Shown: positions 48,401 through 58,765, counted from the first letter of the stretch. The stretch: DNA of 64,000 nt from Dendronephthya gigantea (GCF_004324835.1 NW_021163190.1:255242-319241); one strand, 5' to 3'. Translations and numbers: made by a program. Notes: generated by a model from the sequence alone, not told the origin.

Positions 48401-51400
48401 ATAATCTCTTATTGATCCAGTGTTACTACAGGAGAAAACCTAAACTAAACTAACTTTATTTATACTGGATAACTCTATCAGTTCTAAACTGTTCTTCCTA
48501 GAGGTCCAGTAAGGATCATCTCTTATTGATCCAGTGTTACTGCAGGAGGAAACCTAAACAAAACTAACTTTATTTATAAATGTAGGACAAAGCAAATACC
48601 TTCAACAAATTTCAGAATTTCTTTATACTGGTCCTTTGCTTGACTTTCTCGTACAAGATCAATTTTGTTTTGCAAGATGATAATATGTTCAAGTTTCATG
48701 ATCTCGATTGCTGCCAAATGTTCTGATGTCTGAGGTTGGGGGCACGATTCATTGCCAGCTGGAATAAAGATTGAAGAATACAGTTATGTACATGCCATAA
48801 AACTGTCACTTGTCAACTCTCATGCAACTCTTGTTCTGGTTTGATCAAGCAATGATAGTTGATGAAACTCTCATGTAAACTCTCACTTGTCAACTCTCAT
48901 GCAACTCTTGTTCTCGTTTGATCAAGCAATGATAGTTGATGAAACTCTCATGTAAACTCTCGCTTGTCAACTCTCATGCAACTCTTGTTCTCGTTTGATC
49001 AAGCAATGATAGTTGATGAAACTCCCATGTAAACTCTCGCTTGTCAACTCTCATGCAAGTCTTGTTCTTATTTGATCAAGCAATGATAGTTGATGAAACT
49101 CTCATATAAACTCTCGCTTGTCAACTCTCATGCAACTCTTGTTCTCGTTTGATCAAGCAATGATACTTGATGAAACTCTCATGTAAACTCTCGCTTGTCA
49201 ACTCTCATGCAACTCTTGTTCTCGTTTGATCAAGCAATGATAGTTGATGAAACTCCCATGTAAACTCTCGCTTGTCAACTCTCATGCAACTCTTGTTCTC
49301 GTTTGATCAAGCAATGATAGTTGATGAAACTCTCATGTAAACTCTCGCTTGTCAACTCTCATACAACTCTTGTTCTCGTTTGATCAAGCAATGATAGTTG
49401 ATGAAACTCCCATGTAAACTCTCGCTTGTCAACTCTCATGCAACTCTTGTTCTCGTTTGATCAAGCAATGATAGTTGATGAAACTCCCATGTAAACTCTC
49501 GCTTGTCAACTCTCATGCAACTCTTGTTCTCGTTTGATCAAGCAATGATAGTTGATGAAACTCCCATGTAAACTCTCGCTTGTCAACTCTCATGCAACTC
49601 TTGTTCTCGTTTGATCAAGCAATGATAGTTGATGAAACTCTCATGTAAACTCTCACTTGTCAACTCTCATGCAACTCTTGTTCTCGTTTGATCAAGCAAT
49701 GATAGTTGATGAAACTCCCATGTAAACTCTCGCTTGTCAACTCTCATGCAACTCTTGTTCTCGTTTGATCAAGCAATGATAGTTGATGAAACTCTCATGT
49801 AAACTCTCACTTGTCAACTCTCATGCAACTCTTGTTCTCGTTTGATCAAGCAATGATAGTTGATGAAACTCCCATGTAAACTCTCGCTTGTCAACTCTCA
49901 TGCAACTCTTGTTCTCGTTTGATCAAGCAATGATAGTTGATGAAACTCTCATGTAAACTCTCGCTTGTCAACTCTCATGCAACTCTTGTTCTCGTTTGAT
50001 CAAGCAATAATAGTTGATGAAACTCTCATGTAAACTCTCACTTATCAACTCTCATGCAACTCTTGTTCTCGTTTGATCAAGCAATGATAGTTGATGAAAC
50101 ATTTAACCCTCCCATTTTAACACATTGGAATGGAAATCTCACCAATTAGCAACATTGCGGCGTCCATAACGGCTGCTCCGTTCAACATGGTTGCCATAAG
50201 AATGTCGTGACCTGGGCAATCCACGAAAGAAACATGTCTACAAAATAAACAATCATTTCTCTATGAATAGATTTTAGAAAGTGTTCTATCAAGATTTACA
50301 ACGCACAAAAATTCATGGTTTGTAAGAGTTTATGTACACAAACCTCACTAACTGCGATTTACCCTGGCAACCTGGTCTTTCACATGGTATGATGTCTTCG
50401 CGAGCGCTTCCTGCTGATCGATAACAGCTGGGCCTCTGACAACTGGGGTTGCTGCATTTGTAGATCTAAGAAATATTTTTCTTGAAATATGGGGTAGATA
50501 CTGTAGGCATTCTATTTTCTGCAATGAACTACATATATTCTTTGAAATATGCTACAGCAATGGGTAAGGTAAGGAAAATTATCCAGAGTTTCTGATTTCT
50601 TTTGTCTGTCAGTGAAGAAATATTAAAATTGTATGGCTAATTCCAAGGCTAATTGTCGGTGGAGTAAATAAACTTTTGGGTAAAAATAAATAAGAAATGT
50701 TCGGAATAGAATTATCTTGTGTTAATCAAGGGCAAATCTAAACAAAAATCAGTCTAGTTGAGAGGCCTTGGGTTTGTTGCAAATGCACTAGACTTAAATA
50801 TTAAGCTTAGTGGCTCTTGTTTTAGTTGATAGGTTCTTCTAATATTTTAGATCCATACATTCAAGACGAAATGTCAAGTCTATAACTATCAATATATGTA
50901 GTGATCATTGTACAGTACGTGATTAATTAAAGGTCTGTTCACACAATACAAATTTATCAGATCCAATTCACTTCTGATGGATTTTTTATAATCTGTTGAC
51001 TTGCAAAGTATACGGGCAGCAAATCAACTGAAGCCAATGCAGACTGTTTTATCAATAACAAACTATATTCCATACATCAGAAGTGAGTTGGACCCGACAA
51101 AGTTGTACAGTCTGAACAGGCCTTAATTTGTTTAAGTATTTATATAACCATAGTACCTTTGCATTAGCATAGCCAAGCTTGATTGTGATATTTCGTTCAA
51201 GTTCGTTTTTAAATCGGACAGTCTGGAAAATAAACAAGCATATAGCAGGTTGTCGCAAAATTTGATGACAACATAAAATGCTGTTTATAATGTCTGAGAT
51301 TTATATCTTTCAGAAGTCGCAGTTTTGACGGAAGATGAACTTTGCTACCAAGTTATTATGATAGCTCTCTATTCTAACTCAGGCAAAATGCCATGATAAA

Positions 51401-51636
51401 ACTTGCTATCAAAGCTGTTTTCTACTTCAACCATATTGTAGCATAACGTAGCGTATTTCTTTGTTTCCGAAGTATTCGACCAGAACTAATGACTTTAAAA
51501 CAATGAGATATCCGAGGTTTTGCTACAATACAGTTGAAGTGGAAGACAATGTAAAACAACGCAAGCTTTGCAATGTCTGAGATTTCTTTCGAACAATCTT
51601 ATACACAATACCTGAACACCAGATAAAGCTTTTACA

Positions 51637-51676
<40 letters not shown>

Positions 51677-52497
51677 GAAATTAATGAAATTTACATTATT
51701 GAAATATATTATTTCCTGCAATTGCATAAGCCTTCAGAGGCAAGATTACATCTTAAACCTGTTCATTGCAAATCCATGAAGACGTACATGGTGTAGAGAG
51801 TTGAAACTAAGTAATCATATTTTAACTTTGTCATCATTGGTAGAGCAATACTAACCAATATTTATAGTTGCTTGACGGCTGATTACTTCTGGTGTTAGAG
51901 GATTTAGTTCCTCGATTTTCTATAAAATTTAAAAGACATAACCTTTTCAGCTCAGGCATTAGCTTGCAATGCACCCAGATGTGGCCTACTTTAGTATTTT
52001 ACTCTGTCTAATGTCAGATGATTTTACTCATCAGTGGAAGAGTACTGTCAGTTAATAAGTTAACAAAACTATCTGTCAGTGTCTCTTGTTAACCCATTAG
52101 CTTGCAATGCACCCAGCAACTGATCTGGTTAACTTGCACACGAATCTTTGCACAAATATTTTACCAAAAACAGCCTGAGATTGCCTTAACTTCTATTTAA
52201 ATATCTTACAAATAGTTTAGTTTACAAAGAAGAATCAACCATTCCACAATAATAAGAATTCAAAGCATTATTAGATCTCGAAATAAGACTCATTCCTGAG
52301 TCAGATCATGCCGTAGAAACCACATAAAAAGCGATAATTTTTGCAGTATAAACTCACTTCATATCTACAAAGGTAAAACTATACATAGGGACCAAGATCT
52401 TTGTAGGACGGGGAAAGGATTGGAATAAAATGAATATGCTTACCAATTTTGATAAATCCTGCTTTGATAAGCGAGGCTGGCCTACCTCGGTGCTCAT
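45396..52497 (-). CDS. EIF2S3: eukaryotic translation initiation factor 2 subunit gamma, complete 14-exon gene. Exons: 52444-52497, 51856-51919, 51612-51673, 51157-51222, 50344-50465, 50143-50237, 48600-48758, 48200-48334, 47965-48059, 47584-47728, 47216-47271, 47021-47134, 45578-45750, 45396-45453
   Basis: Spliced product [18 protein letters not shown]|[22 protein letters not shown]|[20 protein letters not shown]|[22 protein letters not shown]|[17 protein letters not shown]...[15 protein letters not shown]|[31 protein letters not shown]|[36 protein letters not shown]...|[22 protein letters not shown]...|[14 protein letters not shown]...|[20 protein letters not shown]...[21 protein letters not shown]|[18 protein letters not shown]|[38 protein letters not shown]|[23 protein letters not shown]...[11 protein letters not shown]|[18 protein letters not shown]; all junctions have GT-AG and consistent phases. 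Confidence 0.92.
45578..45750 (-). CDS. EIF2S3: EIF2S3 exon 13
   Basis: ORF 45568-45783; ctttatccag|GTTCAAAAACTAGCG...CATTGGAG|GTTTGA. Confidence 0.9.
45826..45965. repeat. SatA (reverse, about 1.2 units, plus a degenerate copy 30 nt from the exon-13 acceptor) in EIF2S3 intron 12
   Basis: SatA homology. Confidence 0.8.
46575..46975. repeat. SatA array (reverse, about 3.5 units) in EIF2S3 intron 12, ending 45 nt from the exon-12 donor
   Basis: SatA homology. Confidence 0.9.
47021..47134 (-). CDS. EIF2S3: EIF2S3 exon 12
   Basis: ORF 47012-47227; ttctttggtaag|GTTTTGGGAGCAGCT...GCCAAG|GTAGAG. Confidence 0.9.
47216..47271 (-). CDS. EIF2S3: EIF2S3 exon 11
   Basis: ataaaccag|GTGTTGGAACGAAAATTGACCC...GGCCAT|GTAAGTAC. 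Confidence 0.85.
47216..47520. repeat. local tandem duplication (two units of about 180 bp) carrying EIF2S3 exon 11 plus a degenerate second copy (pseudo-exon at about 47400-47460) in intron 10
   Basis: 47395-47520 aligns to 47215-47340 (agagttgggtcaattttcgttccaaca..aatgaagataaatg...ttgggtaaagtttga). Confidence 0.7.
47584..47728 (-). CDS. EIF2S3: EIF2S3 exon 10
   Basis: ORF 47342-47647 extended; cattttag|GTTGGTCAAGAG...CTAATTG|GTAAGAAT. Confidence 0.9.
47965..48059 (-). CDS. EIF2S3: EIF2S3 exon 9
   Basis: tgatttcag|TGATCCGTTCTTTTGACG...TTAAAG|GTATGG. Confidence 0.9.
48200..48334 (-). CDS. EIF2S3: EIF2S3 exon 8
   Basis: ORF 48159-48374; ttaccaaag|GTACAGTTGCTGAAGG...CTCATTG|GTGAGA. Confidence 0.9.
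48365..48585. repeat. SatA (reverse, about 2 units) filling EIF2S3 intron 7 (48335-48599)
   Basis: SatA homology. Confidence 0.9.
48600..48758 (-). CDS. EIF2S3: EIF2S3 exon 7 (NKID motif)
   Basis: ttattccag|CTGGCAATGAATCG...GTTGAAG|GTATTTGC. Confidence 0.9.
48790..50090. repeat. 78-bp minisatellite, about 16 copies (caactctcatgcaactcttgttctcgtttgatcaagcaatgatagttgatgaaactc[ct]catgtaaactctcgcttgt), filling EIF2S3 intron 6
   Basis: Seen directly; motif related to the subterminal repeats of the MITE at 56020-56450. Confidence 0.95.
50143..50237 (-). CDS. EIF2S3: EIF2S3 exon 6 (DCPGH switch region)
   Basis: ttttgtag|ACATGTTTCTTTCGTGGATTGCCCAGGTCAC...ATTG|GTGAGA. Confidence 0.9.
50344..50465 (-). 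CDS. EIF2S3: EIF2S3 exon 5 (zinc-ribbon Cys cluster)
   Basis: tttcttag|ATCTACAAATGC...TTAGTGAG|GTTTGT. Confidence 0.8.
51157..51222 (-). CDS. EIF2S3: EIF2S3 exon 4
   Basis: ttttccag|ACTGTCCGATTTAAAAACGAA...GCAAAG|GTACTA. Confidence 0.9.
51612..51673 (-). CDS. EIF2S3: EIF2S3 exon 3 (G1 motif GHVAHGKST)
   Basis: tttctag|GCACAATTGGTCACGTGGCTCATGGAAAGTCAACG...CAG|GTATTG. Confidence 0.9.
51856..51919 (-). CDS. EIF2S3: EIF2S3 exon 2
   Basis: ttttatag|AAAATCGAGG...ATATTG|GTTAGT. Confidence 0.85.
51955..52115. repeat. SatB (about 1.1 units) in EIF2S3 intron 1
   Basis: SatB homology. Confidence 0.85.
52444..52497 (-). CDS. EIF2S3: EIF2S3 exon 1 (ATG at 52497)
   Basis: ATGAGCACCGAGGTAGGCCAGCCTCGC...AAATTG|GTAAGC. 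Confidence 0.85.
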
Positions 52498-52608
52498 GAT
52501 TGCATCAACAAGGTTTTGTTGATGAAATAAAAATGAAATTTTTCTTGCGTAAAAAAGCAAAAAATGAGCGAAATTCTGCTTCGAGCTGATGCAATACACG
52601 AGTGACGG

Positions 52609-52970
52609 TCAGTGACCATTGATCTCTGTAACTGGAGTGATCACGAGAGATGCACTGAGGGATAAACAACACTGGAGTGATAAAAGAGCACCCACTGAGA
52701 GACAAGTGTAACTGGAGTGATCACAGAAGATACACTGAGAGATAAGTATAACTGGAGTGATCACAGAAGACGCACTGAGAGATAAACATACTGGAGTGAT
52801 AACAAAAGACGCCCTGAGAGATAAGCACAACTGGAGTGACTACAGAAGACGCACTGAGAGATAAGTATAACTGGAGTGACTACAGCCAGACGCACTGAGA
52901 GATAATTATAACTGGAGTGATAAAGAAGACACACTGAGAGATAAAGCATTACTGGAGTGATCAAGTGTAA
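52609..52970. repeat. 39-bp minisatellite, about 9 copies (actggagtgatcacagaagacgcactgagagataagtata), 110-470 bp upstream of the EIF2S3 ATG
   Basis: Seen directly. Confidence 0.9.
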
Positions 52971-53559
52971 GCATTACTGAAAAGATACATTACCCACATC
53001 TTAACGGCTATCTAAGGGGAAGATGCACTACGGCCCCCAGACCATGATGTATGTGCACCTAACCGTTACGTCTCAGTGAGAAACAGAGTATGCATTGCCA
53101 CAAGCCTAGCGCGTCATAGACGAATCAGCTACAATGACAAGCCTTGAGAGCGAAGATAAATTTAACGTATTTAAGCTTTCCATTGTGACTCACCAAAAAA
53201 CTTTCATTTTTCCACACGGAATAGTTTTAATGTACACTAATAAGTATATCTACATAAAATCATGGTGCAACTAATTAAAGAGATCTATACATTTACTGAG
53301 GACGGTGATCTTCAATACAAGATGTTGAACTTAAAAGTGTACATATAAGTGCAAAAATAATCAAATTTTATCTTACAACAAACTAATATATTTCATCGCA
53401 AGGTTAAAATCAAAAGTGTGCAGTCTGTGAGGTATATTTTTTCAGTCAATAAAACTATACGAAATTATGTCACGGTTAGGCTAGAATAAACACGGCTAAT
53501 ATCAAGTCTATAATGAATTAAGACGAGAAGTTGAATATTTTGAAGACGCATTCTTATGG

Positions 53560-53820
53560 TTAAGCAATCAGCACTTCTTTGTCGTCAAAGGCCAGTTTTT
53601 CAGGCAACGGCTCAGCTTCGTCATCCTCCATTTCAAATTCAGCCTTAAAATCGTTGCCCTTGCTGATTTCATAAGCTTTCTTGCTCTTGCGACAGCAACA
53701 CATAGCACAGCACATCATGGATGCCAAGACGACAAGGACCAAGCCGACAAGAATTGCAACTCGCGCGCCAAATGGAAGCTTATGGAAACTGGAACAAAGG
53801 CTTTTGCCGTGGTGATGTTT
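53560..53820 (-). CDS. TM-protein exon 6 (TM helix and cytoplasmic tail, stop at 53560-53562)
   Basis: ORF 53560-53742 extended to the acceptor ttatctag|AAACATCACCAC. Confidence 0.55.
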   Translation of the reverse strand, partial: KHHHGKSLCSSFHKLPFGARVAILVGLVLVVLASMMCCAMCCCRKSKKAYEISKGNDFKAEFEMEDDEAEPLPEKLAFDDKEVLIA

Positions 53821-56800
53821 CTAGATAATGTAGATATTTATTACATATTATATTTATTACATATTATATTTATTACATATTAAATTTATTACATATTATA
53901 TTTAAGGGTAGATATTTACTACAACCTGAGGCGGTTCGAGGTTTAAATAACAAAGAGGAATTTCATTTTAAACTAATCGGTGTATTTGGTGACATTTTTG
54001 AGGGAAAGCCAATCAGAATGCGTACATTTTAATTACTTCATGTAAAATGGTACATATTGTACTTTTTATCAAAATTTATGCATTCTGATTGGCTTACTGA
54101 AAATGTAAACAAACTTGCTGATTGGCTAAAACGAAATTCTAAATAAATCGATTGAAATCGTCTGAAAAACCACGAAAAAAATCGATTTTTTAAAGTTTTT
54201 TTTTAAGTCCTGGCAAAATATTGCTGTAAGAATAAACTTCACGCATACGAATTCAAAAGTTTACTCTAGAAAGCAATCGTATTTTGGTATAATACTAATC
54301 CTAATATTCACAAAAAGCATTTTCTTAAAAATAAACCGTACAAATTCTCCGCTATTAAACATGAGCCCGGTTACCGAGATTTAAAGAAGCGTTAAATTGA
54401 CTTTGAGTTTTTGAAATGAGTAAATAACATGATCCTGGTAGTCGTGAAGTCATTCTAACAATAGCATGCAATGTTTCTGTTTCAAAAAGACTTTTCTCAA
54501 TACTTAAAATTCCGTTTTACGCTTCGTTAAATCTCCGTAACCTGGCTCATGCGAAGAACGTTTAAAATAAGAATTTGTTTACTTTCTCAGGCTTAGGGCG
54601 TGTTTATATGATCCCGTCTAGCCGGGACGGGATGTTTTCATCCCGCTTAGCCGGGAAACTCGCCTACGCGGGATGGCGTGTTTATATGGAGTTCATTTTG
54701 TGGTGCAGGTTCCTTCGACGGCATGTTTTATTGTAGAAAACGAGTATGCCAATATATACACATGCTCCTAATGTATGTTAATCGCGAATCATCTCGGCCA
54801 AGCGGGATGGAGTGTTTATATGGCAATTTCTCGTCCTGTCTAAGCGGGATCCCGGCAAGAAGTGCCGAAGAAAAGTGGTCATATAAACACTAATTAGCGT
54901 TTGTACTACAAGCGGGATCTCGGAAACTGTCCCGTCCCGGCTAGACGGGATCATATAAACAGGCCCTAAGTTGAGCTACCGTTGAATCAAGGACATATGC
55001 TCCACTTTGCTAAAAAGCATCTTCGATAGTTACTAATACTACGCTATTTTGTTTAAATGTGACTGAGTTTTGAACTTTACGACAGTGGTATGAATTTTAT
55101 CCACACATTTTATACAAAACTTTTGAAAGCTTACATGATGATGACCATATCCTTTCTCGTCTGGCAGAGATGGATCCAAAAATCTTTTCGGCTTTTTGTC
55201 ATCTAGAAGTTTCAAATAGTTCGGATATTGTTACCAAATTTAGCTCCATCAGTTCTAAACTGTTCTTCCTAGAGGTCCAGTAAGGATCATCTCTTATTGA
55301 TCCAGTGTTACTACAGGAGGAAACCTAAACTAAACTAACTTTATTTATACTGGATAGCTCTATCAGTTCTAAACTGTTCTTTCTAGAGATCCAGTAAGGA
55401 TCATCTCTTATTGACCCAGTGTTGCTACAGGAGGAAACCTAAACTAAACTAACTTTATTTATACTGGATAGCTCTATCAGTTCTAAACTGTTCTTCCTAG
55501 AGGTCCAGGAGGGATCATCTCTTATTGATCCAGTGTTACTACAGGAGGAAACCTAAACTAAACTAACTTTATTTATACTGGATAGCTCTATCAGTTCTAA
55601 ACTGTTCTTCCTAGAGGTCCAGTAAGGATCATCTCTTATTGATCCAGTGTTACTACAGGAGGAAACCTAAACTAAACTAACTTTATTTATACTGGATAAC
55701 TCTATCAGTTCTGAACTGTTCCTCCTAGAGGTCCAGTAAGGATCATCTCTTATTGATCCAGTGTTACTACAGGAGGAAACCTAAACTATATTTATATTGG
55801 ATGAACAAGATACAATAACATACTTTTTCCACAGTATCTGGACAACTCAGCTTTTTTAATGTTTGATTCCTCGAACTTAACCGCAGCAATTGTTCGTCTG
55901 AATTCTTTGCCATTCACATCCATATGAATTGTCAGCACCTGAGTAGATTAGATTGATTTTTAAAGCTATTAAAGTGTTTAATATCCTTATGCATTCAACA
56001 GGACTCTTGATTCTTAAGCCCTGGTCAAACGAGAATGATAGTTGATGAGAGTTGAGAAGCGAGAGTTTGCACGAGAGTTTTCCAAACTCTCGATGCGCCG
56101 GTCAAACGAGAATGAGAGTTGAGAACGAGAGTTGATTACGGCGCGCATTAATTTCGTCCTTACTCCACTTCGTTTTGCTATTTTTTTGTTTCTGCCCGTT
56201 GTTTTCAGAAGATTTCTTTTTTTTTTTCAAAAAAATTGCAAACCGCTAGCTGTTTTGCAACTCTCATCAACTCTCATGACCGATCAAACGCGCCCAAACT
56301 CTCATCAACTCTCATCAAAATTTGAACCAGTTCAAAGTCAATGAGAGTTGATGAGAGTGCACGAGAGTGTATGAGAGTTCGCGGTCAAACGCAAGCGAGA
56401 GTTGCAACTCTCATCAACTCTCATTCTCGTTTGACCAGGGCTTAAAGGTTTCATCCATAAAAATTACCTGAACATCGACTTGTTCAACTCGCTTTTCATT
56501 GATGAATTGCACTTGTTCTTCGATCAAATATTGATGTCCCGATTCCAGCTCCTTTCTCATCACCATTACGTGAATTATGACAGGAAGAATGCGAACATCT
56601 TTGGCAGAGTAAACTGTGAAATGAATACACAACAATTAGCCCAGAACTTATCCAAATCTTCTCTGTCAAAAGAATTTAGGCTGTATGCACATGAAGGTAA
56701 ATCAGTTATGATTTTTGGCACTTCACTCGAGGTAGGTAAATTCTAATGGTTCTTAGGGTGTTAATTTCGAGTGGAATTATACACACTTCAAATTCAAGCC

Positions 56801-58765
56801 AGGAACAGTTGATGGAAAATGAGTCAACTATCGGTCCTCCGGCAGAAATCGAACCTATGCTTTTGCGATGCCGGTGCAATGCTCTTGCCACTGAGCTACA
56901 GAGGTAGCTGACAAGAGCAAGCGTGGTTAGTGTGCACATGATGGTAATCATCTGTGTGCACATGAGCGTCGTTTTCGAACATTCTCAAAATCGTTTTCAT
57001 CCAGATTATTGCTTTGACACTTTGTCAACATGATCCAAGGGAAAATATGCTGAATATGTTAAATTAGCTTCAAATTGACTGTGTTTGAAACAGTTTGAAA
57101 TGAAAACGAAAATGTAAATGCGTGCACATGCATAGCCTTAGAATGAAAAAGCTGAACCTGACTGCACCATTAGTGGAAGGTGTAAAGTCTGATTCAAAAG
57201 CTATGCTGGAAACTTAGTTTCAAAATATCACTGCTGTAGAAAACATTCAAAGTGAAGAATATATTTATAATAGCAAATAAATTTAGGTTGTTCGTACCAA
57301 TCTCAGCAGTGAGGTCGTACTTCGTAAGAACATCTAGTTCTGTGAGTTTCCCATTAATTCTGACACTGTCTTCCTGGATTGTAATGTTCAATTTCACCTG
57401 AGAATTAATACAACAGCATTGTGAGCAATAAATTATTTATTAAATGTTAAAGTAGGTCACATCTGGGTGCATTGCAAGCTAATGGGTTAACAAGAGACAC
57501 TGACAGATAGTTTTGTTAACTTATTAACTGACAGTACTCTTCCACTGATGAGTAAAATCATCTGGCATTAGACAGAGTAAAATACTAAAGTAGATCACAT
57601 CTGGGTGCATTGCAAGCTAATGGTTATCACAGATAGTTTTGTTTACTTGGTAATGACAATGATCAAGTGGTGAGTAAAATCATCTGGCTGATGGAACTTA
57701 TAAAATAAATAAACGTTTATAAAAGTACATTTAGAGACGCCTACTATTGCAAAGTCATTGCTAAATTCAGCTGAGGCAATCTTAAAGACACAGCTAGCAA
57801 CTTTGAGGAATTTTTCCCGTTAACAAGAGGCAAAATTGTGCTTTGTCATGTTTTTGTGGGGGAGGAATTTCATCAACAACACGCAATAATAGTTATGTAA
57901 TAACTTGCTTTCTATAACGTTATATAAAAATATAGATTAAGAAAACTTCCGACCGCAAATTTCCCACTTAAAACGACTATCTGAAGACGTGCAGGTGTTT
58001 TCAAAAAGGGTATTAAAACAAGACTTGTACAATATGAATAATGTTCAGATATTGACACATGCTGGGAATATTTCGTCGCTTTTATTTTGCGATTTTATGA
58101 ACAACGATCTTAGTTGATAAAACCAAGTTTCGTTTCGATTAAAAGCAGGAGATTTTGAAGCGATGTTTTGAAGCTTCGATCGCAGTTTTGTTCAGATCAA
58201 TCGAAGCAATTTTTGCGTTTTAAAAGGAAAAAGATTAGAGAAAGTTTTGGCAGCTAAAGGCGCCATAGACAAGGACATGTCACAACTTATTTCCTTCTTT
58301 CCCAAATTGGATTCCCGGTTACAAAAGAAAACAAAACAAAGTACCAACGTTTCCTCGAAGAAAATACACTGCAATTCAACTGCCTTGGCTGCAGATTTTC
58401 GTTTTGATTCAAAACGAAACAATCTGAACTTTGTGTGAAAGCCGTGTCGCAGTTAAATTCAAAGTATTTTAAGCTCTTTCTATGCCGAATATAAACGCCG
58501 CATTTCTATGTTTACAAATACAAGACTCTATCATCCATTACTGGGCTACTTTTAACTAGTTTTCTCTTCGAATTCATGCACAAATACTTACAATAACTTC
58601 GGTTTCTCGTCTGCCGTTTGCGGAGTCTTCCTCCTCGATGATTTTCACAGAGATAGAGAGCTTCTCTTTTGAATGTTTTGTGCCAGATTTGAGGTCGTTT
58701 TCGCCGGCAAAAACTGCCTGGAATATCGCCAAAAACAAGACGAAATGGCCAAGCACTTCAAACAT
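53560..58765 (-). CDS. type-I single-pass membrane protein of unknown family, 6 exons (58592-58765, 57298-57397, 56468-56613, 55824-55938, 55135-55202, 53560-53820), about 285 aa
   Basis: Exon 1 has the signal peptide MFEVLGHFVLFLAIFQAVFAG; beta-rich ectodomain exons (VKLNITIQEDSVRINGKLTELDV..; VYSAKDVRILPVIIHVMVMRKELESGHQYLIEEQVQF...; VLTIHMDVNGKEFRRTIAAVKF..); His-rich juxtamembrane segment; TM helix VAILVGLVLVVLASMMCCAMCCC with a Cys cluster; acidic cytoplasmic tail ..EFEMEDDEAEPLPEKLAFDDKEVLIA*; all junctions GT-AG with matching phases. Confidence 0.55.
54591..54966. mobile_element. TIR element (about 375 bp): ggcttagggcgtgtttatatgatcccgtctagccgggacggg ... cccgtcccggctagacgggatcatataaacaggccctaag, with internal cgggatgg[ac]gtgtttatatgg direct repeats
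   Basis: Terminal inverted repeats of about 40 bp seen directly; lies in the intron 53821-55134. Confidence 0.55.
55135..55202 (-). CDS. TM-protein exon 5
   Basis: aacttctag|ATGACAAAAAGCCG...CATCATCAT|GTAAGC. Confidence 0.5.
55235..55795. repeat. SatA array (reverse, about 5 units) filling the TM-protein intron 55203-55823
   Basis: SatA homology; starts 35 nt from one exon and ends 30 nt from the other. Confidence 0.9.
55824..55938 (-). CDS. TM-protein exon 4
   Basis: ctactcag|GTGCTGACAATTCAT...GGAAAAA|GTATGTTA. Confidence 0.5.
56020..56450. mobile_element. MITE (about 430 bp) with TIR gccctggtcaaacgagaatgagagttgatgagagttg and (gagagttga)n subterminal repeats
   Basis: Inverted termini ccctggtcaaacgagaatga.. 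/ ..tcattctcgtttgaccaggg; internal motifs match the 78-bp minisatellite at 48790-50090. Confidence 0.6.
56468..56613 (-). CDS. TM-protein exon 3
   Basis: ORF 56414-56635; ttcacag|TTTACTCTGCC...GTTCAG|GTAATTTT. Confidence 0.5.
56826..56905 (-). other. tRNA-like sequence (D-arm GTAGCTCAGTGGCAAGAGCA and T-loop GGTTCGATTTC) without a convincing acceptor stem; probably a tRNA-derived SINE fragment or pseudogene
   Basis: Motifs and spacing seen on the minus strand; similar tRNA-like 3' half at 38030-38100 (GGTCGCTGGTTCGATTCCCACAGTGG). Confidence 0.25.
57298..57397 (-). CDS. TM-protein exon 2
   Basis: attctcag|GTGAAATTGAAC...GAGATTG|GTACGAAC. Confidence 0.5.
57435..57665. repeat. SatB (reverse, about 1.5 units) in TM-protein intron 1
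   Basis: SatB homology. Confidence 0.85.
58592..58765 (-). CDS. TM-protein exon 1 (signal peptide)
   Basis: ORF 58574-58765; donor ATT|GTAAGTATT. Confidence 0.45.

Noticed and set aside
56826-56905. Calling this a functional tRNA gene
   Set aside because: No 7-bp acceptor stem or 5-bp anticodon stem can be drawn, so it is reported only as tRNA-like
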